Shown: one piece after another, positions 9,950-22,776 of the stretch
How the letters are laid out: each line of letters begins with the position of its first letter
Numbering within the stretch: position 1 is the first letter of the stretch
Assembly: GCA_965203125.1 (NCBI GenBank)
Contig: CBDBBL010000018.1
Location: 90,806-154,805, forward strand
From: Gammaproteobacteria bacterium
GTDB lineage: Bacteria; Pseudomonadota; Gammaproteobacteria; CBDBBL01
Direction of reading: 5' to 3'
Length of the DNA: 64,000 bases
The notes under the pieces: generated by a model
The model's input: the letters and a program-made list of their open reading frames with translations, nothing else
Databases searched by the model: none
What the model was told of the DNA's origin: nothing
Made by a program: the position numbers and the translations under genes

Positions 9950-10484
9950 TGAGATAGTATTACCTGACTTGTCAATAGCTCGATATAAACAAGTCCATTT
10001 TCCACGCACCTTGATGCACGTCTCATCCATTCTCCAGTCTCCAGCTTTTGCCCACTTGTTTTTTACCTTTGCGAAATTCAGCTTCCAGTTGAGGTGCGTA
10101 TTTCACTACCCAACGTTGGATTGTTGAGTGATCTGGCGCTGCTCCTCGTTCTGACATCATTTCTTCCACATCTCTGTAGCTCAAAGAATACGCGACATAC
10201 CAGCGCACTGTGCATAAAACGATATAGCTAACACGGTTAAGTATTTGAACACTTTTAACAAAATGATTTTGAGTAGTATTCCATTGAACAAAATGAGTCG
10301 TAGCAAGCTATGGTGAAAGTTTTTCAATGGAATAATGCCAAAAACATGCGGGTAGAATGGTTGACACTTAATCTTGTTAGCTATAGCTTTTGGATAATGT
10401 CTTCCCGCAAAGTCGATCGCCCTCTGTTCACTCCAGTGATTTTTCACTCAGCTTAGTACATTCCCTCATGTTTGCGACAGAACT
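9950..10484 (-). mobile_element. IS6-family insertion sequence remnant (frameshifted, 3'-truncated, interrupted by a MITE)
   Basis: Terminal IR ggttctgtcgcaaa-like (plus strand tttgcgacagaact, 10471-10484); transposase pieces ..IDFAGRHYPKAI / VLCTVRWYVAYSLSYRDVEEMM.. / WRMDETCIKVRGKWTCLYRAIDKSGNTI in three frames. Confidence 0.8.
10225..10383. mobile_element. MITE-like element, family B (159 bp), inserted in the IS6 transposase gene with TA duplication
   Basis: TIRs tagctaacacggttaagta... / ...cttaatcttgttagcta; flanked by TA on both sides; excision in silico restores HYPKAIVLCTVRWY; second copy at 40631. Confidence 0.85.
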
Positions 10485-11378
10485 CTATTTTCTCCACTCC
10501 ACAACCTTAAATAGAACTGGATACTGTAAAGCCATAAGGGCATACTCTGCAGGAGCAACCAATCCACCTCGGCGTGCAACTTCTTGCTGAAATGGTATAA
10601 ACTGCGAATTCACTACACTTAAATACCCAAGAAGGTCATCTTTAGATGTGAGCTCAATTCCATGAGCAGCCATAATAGCACCAGCCTTTTTGTATAACGC
10701 TCTATTACCATTCGCTCTATTTATCATTTGCCCCAGTGCCTTAATCACTTTGTGAGCAGCATAAATGTACCGTGATATACAAAAGGCCGAACAATAGCTA
10801 ACATGATCCTCAGACCCCGAAGGAGATTTCTCCCAAAAATTCAGCGTCTCTCCTACTCCAAACAAACTGCGGAAAAGCGTCAAGAGTAAATCCTTCTCTG
10901 AAAAATTAACACATTGTTCTTCATGATCATGGAGCACACGATTAAGCTTATGCTTCATCAACAAACTTCCACCAAAAACAGGAATAACAGCAAACCCACG
11001 CTGTACATCAACCTCTCTGTGATAAACACATCCTGATGCGCCCGCAAGAACAGATTTGTCTTTTTGGTTCGGCAAAAGATCAATCATGCTAGTATCACTA
11101 CAATAATAATCATAACCAACATAGGTTGCCGCATGTGTACAAGATGCTATGAAATCAATGAATTCACCACCTAAGCTATACAACCACCAAATACAAAATT
11201 TTTGCGAATAAACAGTAAAACGATTAATCAACCATGCTAATTTATTTCGCTTAATGTAATTCCATTGATAATAATCCTGAAAAGACTCTTTTGTTGTACT
11301 CAAAAAAATATCACACCCAGCAGGTAAATCATTTAATTTTACCACATTAAGGCCTCTCATAAGATTGCACAAACACAT
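10485..11378 (-). CDS. Hypothetical protein (297 aa), no recognisable motifs; stop codon abuts the IS6 terminal repeat
   Basis: Long ORF in six-frame track; Cys/His-rich (ASCTHAATYVG, GASGCVYHREVD) but no family recognised. Confidence 0.5.
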   Translation of the reverse strand: MCLCNLMRGLNVVKLNDLPAGCDIFLSTTKESFQDYYQWNYIKRNKLAWLINRFTVYSQKFCIWWLYSLGGEFIDFIASCTHAATYVGYDYYCSDTSMIDLLPNQKDKSVLAGASGCVYHREVDVQRGFAVIPVFGGSLLMKHKLNRVLHDHEEQCVNFSEKDLLLTLFRSLFGVGETLNFWEKSPSGSEDHVSYCSAFCISRYIYAAHKVIKALGQMINRANGNRALYKKAGAIMAAHGIELTSKDDLLGYLSVVNSQFIPFQQEVARRGGLVAPAEYALMALQYPVLFKVVEWRK

Positions 11379-11581
11379 ATCAGAATCAAATAATCCACGA
11401 CTAACCCATCCTCTCTAAACTTTCCTTTATTCACAACCCCCAATAAACAGGTCATTTTATTCCCGTATGCTTTTAGACTAAAATACTCATGACACAAAAA
11501 CAAGGTTATTATAAAATAATATCAACTTACTTTCCTTGTTTGCGTCAAATTAGAGAGCGCATAGGCTAAAAAAATAACAGG

Positions 11582-12004
11582 TTAGTTTCTTTTCTTTTTC
11601 ATTTCATGAACAACCTTCAACTGCGCTACCGCCTCTGCAAGCTCAACCAATGCCTGCGCATACTCCAATTCAGACTGTTTATCTTCCAGCATTTTCTCTG
11701 CTTTTTCTTTAGCAGCTTTCACAGCAACTTCATCAATATCTTCCGCACGTATCGCAGTATCTGCAAGAATAGTGACGATATTTTTTTGTACTTCGATCAT
11801 ACCACCAGATATATAAACAAATTCTTTTTGTTCACTAGGTAAAGTTAACTCAACTTGCCCCGGCTTTAAACTTGCGAGCAAGGGGGTATGCCCAGGTAAA
11901 ATCCCCAATTCACCTGCTGTGCCAGTGACACTAATCATTGCAACCTGCCCATGAAACAAAGACTCTTGGGCACTAACAACATCAAGATTTATACTCGTTG
12001 CCAT
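11582..12004 (-). CDS. atpC: F1 ATP synthase epsilon subunit
   Basis: 140 aa; last gene of atp operon. Confidence 0.93.
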   Translation of the reverse strand: MATSINLDVVSAQESLFHGQVAMISVTGTAGELGILPGHTPLLASLKPGQVELTLPSEQKEFVYISGGMIEVQKNIVTILADTAIRAEDIDEVAVKAAKEKAEKMLEDKQSELEYAQALVELAEAVAQLKVVHEMKKKRN

Positions 12005-12010
12005 CGCAGT

Positions 12011-13408
<1,398 letters not shown>

Positions 13409-13433
13409 TTACTTATATCCTCTTTAAATATAA

Positions 13434-14309
13434 TTAGGCTTCAACGGCATTCGCACCGCTAACAATTTCTGAAATTTCTTGTGTAATCGCCGCCTGTCTT
13501 GCTTTGTTATACACTAACTGTAAGTTTTTAATGACTTCACCAGCATTATCAGTCGCACTCTTCATTGCAACCATACGTGCTGCTTGCTCACAAGCTACAT
13601 TTTCTACCACAGACTGATAAACTTGAGATTCAACATAGCGCTTCAAGACGACATCTAACAAATGTTTTGCATCTGGCTCATACAAATAATCCCAATAACC
13701 AGCTTGTGTCTCTTTTTCATCAGGGACAACTGGTAACAATTGCTGTAATTGAGGTTGCTGGCTCATCGTATTCACAAACTCATTACTTGCTATATATAAA
13801 GCATCTAACTCGCCTGACTCAAAGCGATCAAGCATTGTTTTAATGACTCCTATCATATCATTTAATAATGGAGCATCACCTAAGTGATCAGCCTGCGCCA
13901 ATACTTTTGCTTGCAAGCGACTAAACAACGCCATTGCTTTACGACCAATTAAGCAAGTTTCAATCTCAACATCCGATTCCTGCCACAACTGCATTTTTTG
14001 TATCGTTTTCTTGAACAAGTTGACATTCAATCCACCACACAACCCTCGATCTGTCGCGACAACAATTAAGCCTACTTTTTTGATATCCAACTCTGTTTTT
14101 TGCATCAAGAATGGATGCTGATACTCACTATGAGCCTTAGCAATGTGGCTAACCATTTGACGAATTTTCTGTGCATAGGGTTTTGATTGCTTCATTCGAT
14201 CTTGAGCTTTACGCATTTTACTCGCAGCAACTAACTCCATTGCTCGAGTAATTTTCTGCGTATTCTTCACCGATCCAATTTTACTGCGAATTTCTTTAGA
14301 GCCTGCCAT
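13434..14309 (-). CDS. atpG: F1 ATP synthase gamma subunit
   Basis: 291 aa; [31 protein letters not shown]. Confidence 0.96.
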   Translation of the reverse strand: MAGSKEIRSKIGSVKNTQKITRAMELVAASKMRKAQDRMKQSKPYAQKIRQMVSHIAKAHSEYQHPFLMQKTELDIKKVGLIVVATDRGLCGGLNVNLFKKTIQKMQLWQESDVEIETCLIGRKAMALFSRLQAKVLAQADHLGDAPLLNDMIGVIKTMLDRFESGELDALYIASNEFVNTMSQQPQLQQLLPVVPDEKETQAGYWDYLYEPDAKHLLDVVLKRYVESQVYQSVVENVACEQAARMVAMKSATDNAGEVIKNLQLVYNKARQAAITQEISEIVSGANAVEA

Positions 14310-14343
14310 GCCACCTATATCCTAACAATTTATCCTAAAAGTC

Positions 14344-15885
14344 TTACCACGTTTGTGTTGCCTTAAACTGCTCAACTGCTACTTTAATTTTCTGATCCAT
14401 TTCAGCTGTTAAGGCAGGGTTTTCTTCTATCGCAACTAAAACTGCTGGATGATCAGATTTCATATAAGCAATGAATGCTAACTCAAAACGACGTACTTCA
14501 TCCAGTGCAATTTCGTCTAACACACCTTTATCAGCAATATACAAACTAATCGCCATTTCACTTACGTTCTGTGGTGAGTATTGATGCTGTTTTAACATTT
14601 CCATTAAACGCTGCCCGCGTTCTAGTTGCTGCCTAGTTGTATCATCTAAATCAGAAGCAAATTGTGAGAAGGCTTCAAGTTCACGGAATTGTGCCAACGT
14701 TAAACGCATTCCACCGCCTAATTTCTTCACTATTTTAGTTTGTGCTGCACCACCCACACGAGAAACCGATAATCCAGAATGTATAGCAGGACGGAACCCT
14801 GAATTAAACAAATCAGTATCCAAGAAAATTTGTCCATCCGTAATTGAAATCACATTAGTTGGCACAAATGCAGACACGTCCCCTGCTTGTGTTTCAATAA
14901 TAGGTAATGCTGTTAACGAACCTGTTTTACCTTTTACCTCACCATGAGTGAATTTTTCCACATAATCTGCACTCACACGTGATGCACGCTCTAGCAAACG
15001 AGAGTGCAAATAGAACACATCTCCTGGATAAGCTTCTCGACCTGGTGGGCGACGCAGTAATAAGGAAATTTGACGATACGCCCAAGCTTGCTTGGTTAAG
15101 TCATCATATACAATTAATGCATCCTGACCACGATCACGGAAAAACTCGCCCATGGCACAACCTGAATACGGCACAATAAACTGTAATGCAGCCGCTTCTG
15201 ATGCACTCGCTACTACAATAATAGTATGCTTCATCGCATCATGTTCTTCTAGTTTTCTTACCACGTCTGCAATTGAGGACTGTTTTTGCCCAATCGCAAC
15301 ATAAATACATTTAACCCCAGTATCTTTTTGATTAATAATGGCATCTAAGGCAATGGCTGTTTTCCCTGTTTGTCGATCACCAATAATTAATTCACGTTGC
15401 CCACGACCAACAGGCGTTAAGGCATCGATGGATTTCAACCCAGTTTGCAACGGCTCATCGACTGATTGACGATCAATCACACCTGGCGCAATCGTTTCAA
15501 TCGGTGCAGTCTGTGTTGTTGCCAAAGCACCTTTACCATCAATAGGCTGCCCAAGGGCATTAACAACCCGACCCAATAATTCTTCACCAACAGGAACTTC
15601 TAATATACGCCCTGTACATTTCACTCGCTGCCCTTCGGCCAATCGATCGCTTTCACCAAGAACAACAGCACCCACTGAGTCTTGCTCTAAATTCAACGCA
15701 AGCCCATAAGTGCCATCTTCAAACTCAATCATTTCACCACTCATGACACTTTCCAGTCCATGAATGCGAATAATGCCATCTTTTAAACTAACAATTGTCC
15801 CTTCTGTACGCGCTTTAGGTGCTACATCTAGTGACTCAATCCGTGACTTAATCACGTTACTGATTTCTGATGGGTTTAACTGCAT
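14344..15885 (-). CDS. atpA: F1 ATP synthase alpha subunit
   Basis: 513 aa; GDRQTGKT P-loop. Confidence 0.98.
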   Translation of the reverse strand: MQLNPSEISNVIKSRIESLDVAPKARTEGTIVSLKDGIIRIHGLESVMSGEMIEFEDGTYGLALNLEQDSVGAVVLGESDRLAEGQRVKCTGRILEVPVGEELLGRVVNALGQPIDGKGALATTQTAPIETIAPGVIDRQSVDEPLQTGLKSIDALTPVGRGQRELIIGDRQTGKTAIALDAIINQKDTGVKCIYVAIGQKQSSIADVVRKLEEHDAMKHTIIVVASASEAAALQFIVPYSGCAMGEFFRDRGQDALIVYDDLTKQAWAYRQISLLLRRPPGREAYPGDVFYLHSRLLERASRVSADYVEKFTHGEVKGKTGSLTALPIIETQAGDVSAFVPTNVISITDGQIFLDTDLFNSGFRPAIHSGLSVSRVGGAAQTKIVKKLGGGMRLTLAQFRELEAFSQFASDLDDTTRQQLERGQRLMEMLKQHQYSPQNVSEMAISLYIADKGVLDEIALDEVRRFELAFIAYMKSDHPAVLVAIEENPALTAEMDQKIKVAVEQFKATQTW

Positions 15886-15915
15886 GATGGTATCCTCTAA
15901 TCTCTATAATAGTTG

Positions 15916-16479
15916 TTATAAACTTGTACTTAATCCCGAATGTAAACTTGCCAATTTTCCACGTATTGATCCATCAATTACTTGATCTCCAGCACGAATG
16001 ACTGCGCCACCAATCAAAGACTTATCAAGCTGATAATCTAAGCTCACCTTACAAGAAAAACGTTTTTCAAGTGCTTGCTGCAACTTCTCTTTTTGTTGCT
16101 CATTTAACATTGCGACACTCGTCACAACACAAGTTTTTTCTTTATTCATTGAACTCAAGCGCTGTTTATATTGTACTGCAATCTCAGGCAAGATATGTAA
16201 ACGGTTATTTTCTGCTAATAAACTCATTAAATTAAGTATCGAACTTGACAACGTCATCTTTACATTTATTGCAATATCTTTAAATAATTCAAGTAACTGT
16301 TCTGAGCTCACAGCTGGATCTTGATAAACAGGTACTATTTGTTTATCCACAGCAACCATTGCAAGCAAATCCAAACTCTCGAGCCAAGATAATTGCAATG
16401 AATCATCATCACAACTTAATTCAAAAATAGCTTTCGCATAAGGTCGTGCTATTTTTGCCATCATCTGTTTATCAGACAT
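15916..16479 (-). CDS. atpH: F1 ATP synthase delta subunit
   Basis: 187 aa; position between atpF and atpA; ARPYAKAIFE N-terminus. Confidence 0.9.
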   Translation of the reverse strand: MSDKQMMAKIARPYAKAIFELSCDDDSLQLSWLESLDLLAMVAVDKQIVPVYQDPAVSSEQLLELFKDIAINVKMTLSSSILNLMSLLAENNRLHILPEIAVQYKQRLSSMNKEKTCVVTSVAMLNEQQKEKLQQALEKRFSCKVSLDYQLDKSLIGGAVIRAGDQVIDGSIRGKLASLHSGLSTSL

Positions 16480-16481
16480 GC

Positions 16482-16973
16482 TTACGCTCCACTGCCTTGC
16501 TCACTTAATTGGTCAATCAATTCATCCATTAAATCACCTTGCAATGCAGGATCAATCGTCTTGTGTAAAATTTTACTCGCACCAATACACGCCAACTCAA
16601 CTGTTTGATTCATCAAGTCTGTTTTAGCCGCTTGCTTTGCCAGCTCAATATCAGCTTGTGCTTTTGCATTGACCTTGCCTACCGCTTTCAGCGCTTTTTC
16701 TTCAGCGTCCAAAACAATCTGATTAGCACGCTGATTTGCTTTTTCAACAATATGATTTGCTTGCTGCTTTGCTTCGCTGAGCACTTTTTCTGTCTGAGCC
16801 TTTGCAAGCTCAAGACTGCGTTCACCTTGATCAGCCGCAGCAAGCCCATCTGCAATACGTTTTTCACGCTCTTGCATGGCTTGCATAATCGGTGGCCACA
16901 CATATTTCATGGTAAACCAAACAAAAATTGCAAAGGTGATCATTTCACCTATAAGCGTCGCATTAATATCCAT
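16482..16973 (-). CDS. atpF: F0 ATP synthase subunit b
   Basis: 163 aa; single N-terminal TM then long charged helix. Confidence 0.9.
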   Translation of the reverse strand: MDINATLIGEMITFAIFVWFTMKYVWPPIMQAMQEREKRIADGLAAADQGERSLELAKAQTEKVLSEAKQQANHIVEKANQRANQIVLDAEEKALKAVGKVNAKAQADIELAKQAAKTDLMNQTVELACIGASKILHKTIDPALQGDLMDELIDQLSEQGSGA

Positions 16974-17015
16974 CGCCAGTTCCTAGGTTCATTTTAGTTC
17001 CTGTTTAAAAAGTGC

Positions 17016-17324
<309 letters not shown>

Positions 17325-17350
17325 TTAGTTAAACCCAAACGCTCACACGT

Positions 17351-18609
<1,259 letters not shown>

Positions 18610-18647
18610 CGCTCACAGTCCTCATGTCGTCAAAATAATTTCACAGG

Positions 18648-18676
18648 AGTATACTGATAACACAAACTGTATTCAA
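18648..18676 (-). promoter_or_regulatory. Putative sigma-70 promoter of the atp operon
   Basis: Minus strand TTGAAT (18676-18671), 17-nt spacer, TATACT (18653-18648), about 40 nt upstream of atpI. Confidence 0.4.
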
Positions 18677-19176
18677 CGAAATTCAGACAAAAAAATGAGG
18701 CCGCATCAACATCCTGTCAACGCGACCTGCTCCCCCAATTCGAACACATCTTGAAAAAGATGCCTAAATCACTACCGCTTTCTAATCGCCAATTGCTGGC
18801 TATTTCTGGTAACGGCAACCAGCCCCACTCCCAACGGTCAAACCTGAAATGCTCCCCTTTCAAACAAATCAAGTCATCCCTTAACTTGGAAGCAACTATA
18901 CATGAACAAAAACACAAAATCAACTATATCCTAAAAATAATTAAGATATGGATGATCATATGCGTAAGATATCAGCTACTTTATATCCAATCTATTGGCT
19001 TTATATTGACAAAGCAATAGTACAACCAAAGAAAAATAACAATTTAAATCAATGCACTATTAAAAGCCTTCCGTAGTAATAAACCACTAAGCCCACCCTC
19101 TAATCAATGCAATAAAAACAAGAACATTTTTTCACCCTACGATAAAATAGACAATACAAACACAAGAGGATATCCC

Positions 19177-19641
19177 ATGAAACACTGGCTAATGAAATCA
19201 GAACCAGAAGCATTCAGCATTGATGATTTAATCCAATCAGAGCAACAAACAACGCACTGGGACGGCATTAGGAACTACCAAGCAAGGAACTTGATGCGCG
19301 ATCAAATGGAGATTGGCGATCTTGCTTTTTTTTACCATTCTAACTGTAAACCACCCGCCATTGTGGGCATCATGCAAGTAATAAGCAAAGCCTACCCAGA
19401 CCACACCGCAATGGATCTTCATTCTAAATATTATGATCCTAAAAGCACAACAGAGAACCCGAGATGGATGATGAGAGATTTCAAATTTGTTGAGAAGTTT
19501 TCCAGTCCAGTTCCCCTAGAAACATTAAAGAATACTGCATCACTTGAGCAAATGAGAGTTGTACAAAAAGGATCTAGGCTCTCAATCACCCCTGTGACAC
19601 CACAAGAGTGGGAAATTATTTTAAAGCTATCGAAGCCATGA
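19177..19641 (+). CDS. EVE (PUA-like) domain protein
   Basis: 154 aa; MKHWLMKSEPEAFSIDDL...WDGIRNYQARNLMRD..GDLAFFYHSN typical of EVE/DUF55. Confidence 0.85.
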   Translation: MKHWLMKSEPEAFSIDDLIQSEQQTTHWDGIRNYQARNLMRDQMEIGDLAFFYHSNCKPPAIVGIMQVISKAYPDHTAMDLHSKYYDPKSTTENPRWMMRDFKFVEKFSSPVPLETLKNTASLEQMRVVQKGSRLSITPVTPQEWEIILKLSKP

Positions 19642-20270
19642 ACCAGAAAAATTGGATTATTATTGGCAACGGCGCAAACAATTGCCGACAGTTTCTATCA
19701 ACCCTTTCAAAAGAACAGTCTATCCTAGCACTTGATGGTGGCTATCAATGTGCCGAAGCACTGAAGATCAACACCTCTCTAATCATCGGAGATATGGACT
19801 CAGCCTTCACAGGAAACACACAGCAAACTCCAATCATCCAAAATTGTGATCAAGAAACAACCGATCTAGAAAAGGGGCTAACTTACTTGGCAAAAAAACA
19901 AGTAAAAACAGTGACCATCTGCTGTGCCACTGGCAACGAAGAAGATCACACACTTTACAATCTCTCACTGCTCAAACAGTTTCACAATCAATTTGAACAG
20001 TTACAAATTATCAATGACTTACAAAGCATTCGATACCATCAAGATACCACTTTAACACTTCACAACGAAGCAGGCAGAACAATTTCTCTCTTTGGGTTTC
20101 CTCATGGCTCAGTAAGCACAAATGCCCTAGCTTATCCATTGACTACTGCTCATCTAGATTACTTCTCACGCAACAGTGTTAGAAATCGAATCACAACCAA
20201 CCAAGCAACACTTAAAATAACAGGTAGCGTACTCATCTTCTTATCCACACTTGATTCACACAACACTTAA
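19638..20270 (+). CDS. Thiamine pyrophosphokinase
   Basis: GDMDS motif, about 210 aa; ATG 19638 forms an ATGA overlap with the EVE gene stop. Confidence 0.6.
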   Translation: MNQKNWIIIGNGANNCRQFLSTLSKEQSILALDGGYQCAEALKINTSLIIGDMDSAFTGNTQQTPIIQNCDQETTDLEKGLTYLAKKQVKTVTICCATGNEEDHTLYNLSLLKQFHNQFEQLQIINDLQSIRYHQDTTLTLHNEAGRTISLFGFPHGSVSTNALAYPLTTAHLDYFSRNSVRNRITTNQATLKITGSVLIFLSTLDSHNT

Positions 20271-20357
20271 CCTTTATGATATATACTCAAAATGCTTGAA
20301 GAAACCGTGCGCTAAACGCATGAGTTTGAGTATACACCCATCACACCTAGGGATAAC

Positions 20358-20948
20358 ATGTTAAATATCATTTGGCTAGGCCTTATCTTAAGCGCAATAT
20401 GCTTAAGCTTCGTTAATGGAACAACAGCCGCTGTAACCGAATCAATCACTAGTTCTGCAGGTCTAGCTGTTAAAACAGCCTTCAGCCTTATCGGCATCAT
20501 GACACTTTGGCTAGGGCTAATGAAAATAGCTGAAAAATCAGGACTTATTAAACAGCTTGCACGCTGTATCCGACCCATCTTAAGCTATCTTTTTCCAGAC
20601 ATCCCCCCCACCAACCCTGCAATCGGTGAAATGACCATGAACATGTCTGCTAACATGCTAGGGTTGGGCAATGCTGCAACTCCTTTTGGTTTAAAAGCAA
20701 TGAATAGCTTGCAGAAACTCAACCAATATAAAAGAACAGCAAGTAACGCGATGTGCACCTTTCTAGCAATTAACACTTCCAGCATCCAACTCATCCCTCT
20801 GACAGCCATTGCTATTTTAGCTGCCAATGGAGACTCTAACCCAACCATCATCATCATCCCCACACTACTAGCTACATGTTGCTCAACCATTGCAGGCATT
20901 AGCGCAGTCAAACTATTAGGGAAGCTCCCTTATTTTAGGATTCGCTAA
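20358..20948 (+). CDS. spmA: SpmA-like membrane protein (nucleoside-recognition/Gate domain)
   Basis: 196 aa; MLNIIWLGLIL... N-terminus; paired with spmB. Confidence 0.7.
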   Translation: MLNIIWLGLILSAICLSFVNGTTAAVTESITSSAGLAVKTAFSLIGIMTLWLGLMKIAEKSGLIKQLARCIRPILSYLFPDIPPTNPAIGEMTMNMSANMLGLGNAATPFGLKAMNSLQKLNQYKRTASNAMCTFLAINTSSIQLIPLTAIAILAANGDSNPTIIIIPTLLATCCSTIAGISAVKLLGKLPYFRIR

Positions 20949-21478
20949 TGCATTGGCTTAATCTAATTTCCTATAGTCTGATCTTATTATTAGTTGGAGG
21001 CATCCCTGCTTTCGCAACCTATAAAAAAGTTGATCTGTTTGCATCATTCACCGATGGCGCTAAAGATGGATTCCAACTCGCCGTAAAAATTCTACCACAC
21101 CTTGTTGCCTTCTTCGTCGCAATTGGAATGTTTCGTGCAGCAGGCGGATTTGACCTTTTAACAAAACTACTCGCACCATTATTAAATTTACTGGGCATTC
21201 CTAGCAAGCTAATACCGATGATATTGATTCGCCCATTCTCTGGCAGTGCTACGCTAGCAACGCTAGCACATATTGCTCATCAAAACGGCGGCAACTCCTA
21301 TTTAGCACACGCTGCTGCGACCTTAATGGGCAGTACTGAAACAACATTTTACATTTTGATGGTTTATTTTGGGTCAGTTGGTATTAGCCGCACTAGACAT
21401 GCTGTGCTTGCAGGTTTGATCGCAGACATGACTGGTGCACTTGCTGCAATCTACATGACACATTTGTTTTTTCATTAA
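20948..21478 (+). CDS. spmB: SpmB-like membrane protein
   Basis: 176 aa; 1-nt overlap with spmA; FRAAGGFDLL, IRPFSGSA motifs. Confidence 0.7.
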   Translation: MHWLNLISYSLILLLVGGIPAFATYKKVDLFASFTDGAKDGFQLAVKILPHLVAFFVAIGMFRAAGGFDLLTKLLAPLLNLLGIPSKLIPMILIRPFSGSATLATLAHIAHQNGGNSYLAHAAATLMGSTETTFYILMVYFGSVGISRTRHAVLAGLIADMTGALAAIYMTHLFFH

Positions 21479-21490
21479 CCGCCAAAGAAA

Positions 21491-21510
21491 AAAGCCTCCG
21501 AAGAGGCTTT
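21491..21510 (+). terminator. Hairpin terminator after spmB (A-tract upstream, weak T-tract downstream; possibly bidirectional)
   Basis: aaagcctc-cgaa-gaggcttt perfect 8-bp stem. Confidence 0.5.
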
Positions 21511-21745
21511 AATCTATCCTTAACATTCCAGCAAAACACTTGAGGGGGCAAAATGTTTCACGCTTCATGCCAACCTCACCAACACTTAGGGAGAATCAAT
21601 AGAACATCGTTGTCGTCTCTATTAATCAACCCCAAATTCATTTGAATCACACATATCACTCAATCCATTCATGGCATTGTCAAAATAGCAGTCAATCAAT
21701 TGGCAATTAAATTTGAACATTGATGCAATAATAAAATCTTCAAAA

Positions 21746-21806
21746 ATTTTGCATAGTGTCTTTTTTACATGCATTTTTTGCATGCAAAATGTGCACTATG
21801 CAAATT
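21746..21806. promoter_or_regulatory. Nested TGCAT-rich palindrome upstream of the methyltransferase-like gene pair (candidate operator)
   Basis: Outer arms tttgcatagtg (21748-58) / cactatgcaaa (21794-804), perfect 11 bp; inner cattttttGCATGCaaaatg; TGCA(T) core occurs 5 times. Confidence 0.5.
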
Positions 21807-21853
21807 CATACTATCTCCTATTATTGGTGCCAATAAAGTTTTCGGAGAGACAA

Positions 21854-22753
21854 GTGCCATCGATTTTGGATTTACGCGGTAGAGAGTTGGCTCGATTTAT
21901 TTTAAATGATCCTAAAATCACAAAGGACAATGCACCTTATTCAGCTAGTCTACTCAGGCAACAAACGACAACCACTGGATTCTCATCATATCCCGATTTG
22001 AAAGCCTTAAATAACGCCAGATTAATTCATGACTTGCCCACATTAGAAGTAGGGTGTGGCGTAGGTCGTGTGATGTCATTTTTAACCCAACCACAACTTG
22101 AAAAAAATGCAGATGGTCCAACTCACATTAAAAGCCCACTTGTCAGCCCACAACACCTCACTGGAATTAATTGTACGACAACATTTACGCAAGAGATATA
22201 TCAAAAAACACCAAGAACTGATATCCAAAGCCCACAAACCAGTCCCTCTTCTGGCACAATACAACCAGTATCTGATCAACCAATAGTCAGAATCATAGAT
22301 TTCAGAGAATTCGTTAATCTATGTCTACAAACAAATACTACCTACCAACAAATTTTTTGGCTATGGACTGCTATTTCAGAATACACATTTGAAGCACAAT
22401 GCCACTTATTACAGCAACTTTTTTCAATCGTACAGCCATCGATTCATCATCACGCATATCTTGCGGTTGATATATTGATTGATACTCATTATTATCCGAA
22501 CCGTGTTCGTTGCGACACAGGGTGGGGCTGGAAAATTTCACATATGACAGATAAAGGGCTTAAAGTTTTTTATATGCCAGATATAGAGACCATGGAAAAC
22601 TATAGTGCTGACATAGGCTGTCAACGCCTACAAAAAATACCTTATGTCACAGCAACACCAGAAGGAAGAGAGGTATTGCGCTGTATTATTGTGTATAATA
22701 AACCGATATTAAGACAACGAGCACGATCTGTTAGTTATTTTTGTCATATTTAA
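21854..22753 (+). CDS. Class I SAM-methyltransferase-like protein, paralog 1 (Pro/Gln/Ser/Thr-rich insert; degenerate post-I motif)
   Basis: Motif I LEVGCGVGR; WLWTAISEY...YLAVDILIDT shared with paralog 2; GTG 21854 preceded by GGAGAG; ORF-track start 21713 would read through the palindrome. Confidence 0.65.
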   Translation: MPSILDLRGRELARFILNDPKITKDNAPYSASLLRQQTTTTGFSSYPDLKALNNARLIHDLPTLEVGCGVGRVMSFLTQPQLEKNADGPTHIKSPLVSPQHLTGINCTTTFTQEIYQKTPRTDIQSPQTSPSSGTIQPVSDQPIVRIIDFREFVNLCLQTNTTYQQIFWLWTAISEYTFEAQCHLLQQLFSIVQPSIHHHAYLAVDILIDTHYYPNRVRCDTGWGWKISHMTDKGLKVFYMPDIETMENYSADIGCQRLQKIPYVTATPEGREVLRCIIVYNKPILRQRARSVSYFCHI

Positions 22754-22776
22754 TTGATTCAAATGAGGGAGAGATC

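Noticed and set aside
10181-10447. 88-aa ORF MKNHWSEQRAIDFAGRHYPKAIANKIKC...
   Set aside because: It is a chimera. The first 23 or so codons are the IS6 transposase N-terminus and the rest is read-through into the inserted family B MITE. It is not a genuine protein.
18610-19176. A 560-bp gene-free region upstream of the atp operon, considered as possible oriC, ncRNA or tRNA
   Set aside because: I found no TTATCCACA-type DnaA boxes, no tRNA cloverleaf (a gttcgaatt stretch lacks flanking T-stem complementarity), and no RNase P, tmRNA or SRP signatures. The two overlapping small ORFs have no features. I can support only a putative atp promoter.
20312-20911. 88-aa and 108-aa minus-strand ORFs
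   Set aside because: They are antisense to spmA, and the plus-strand frame gives a coherent multi-TM SpmA-like protein.
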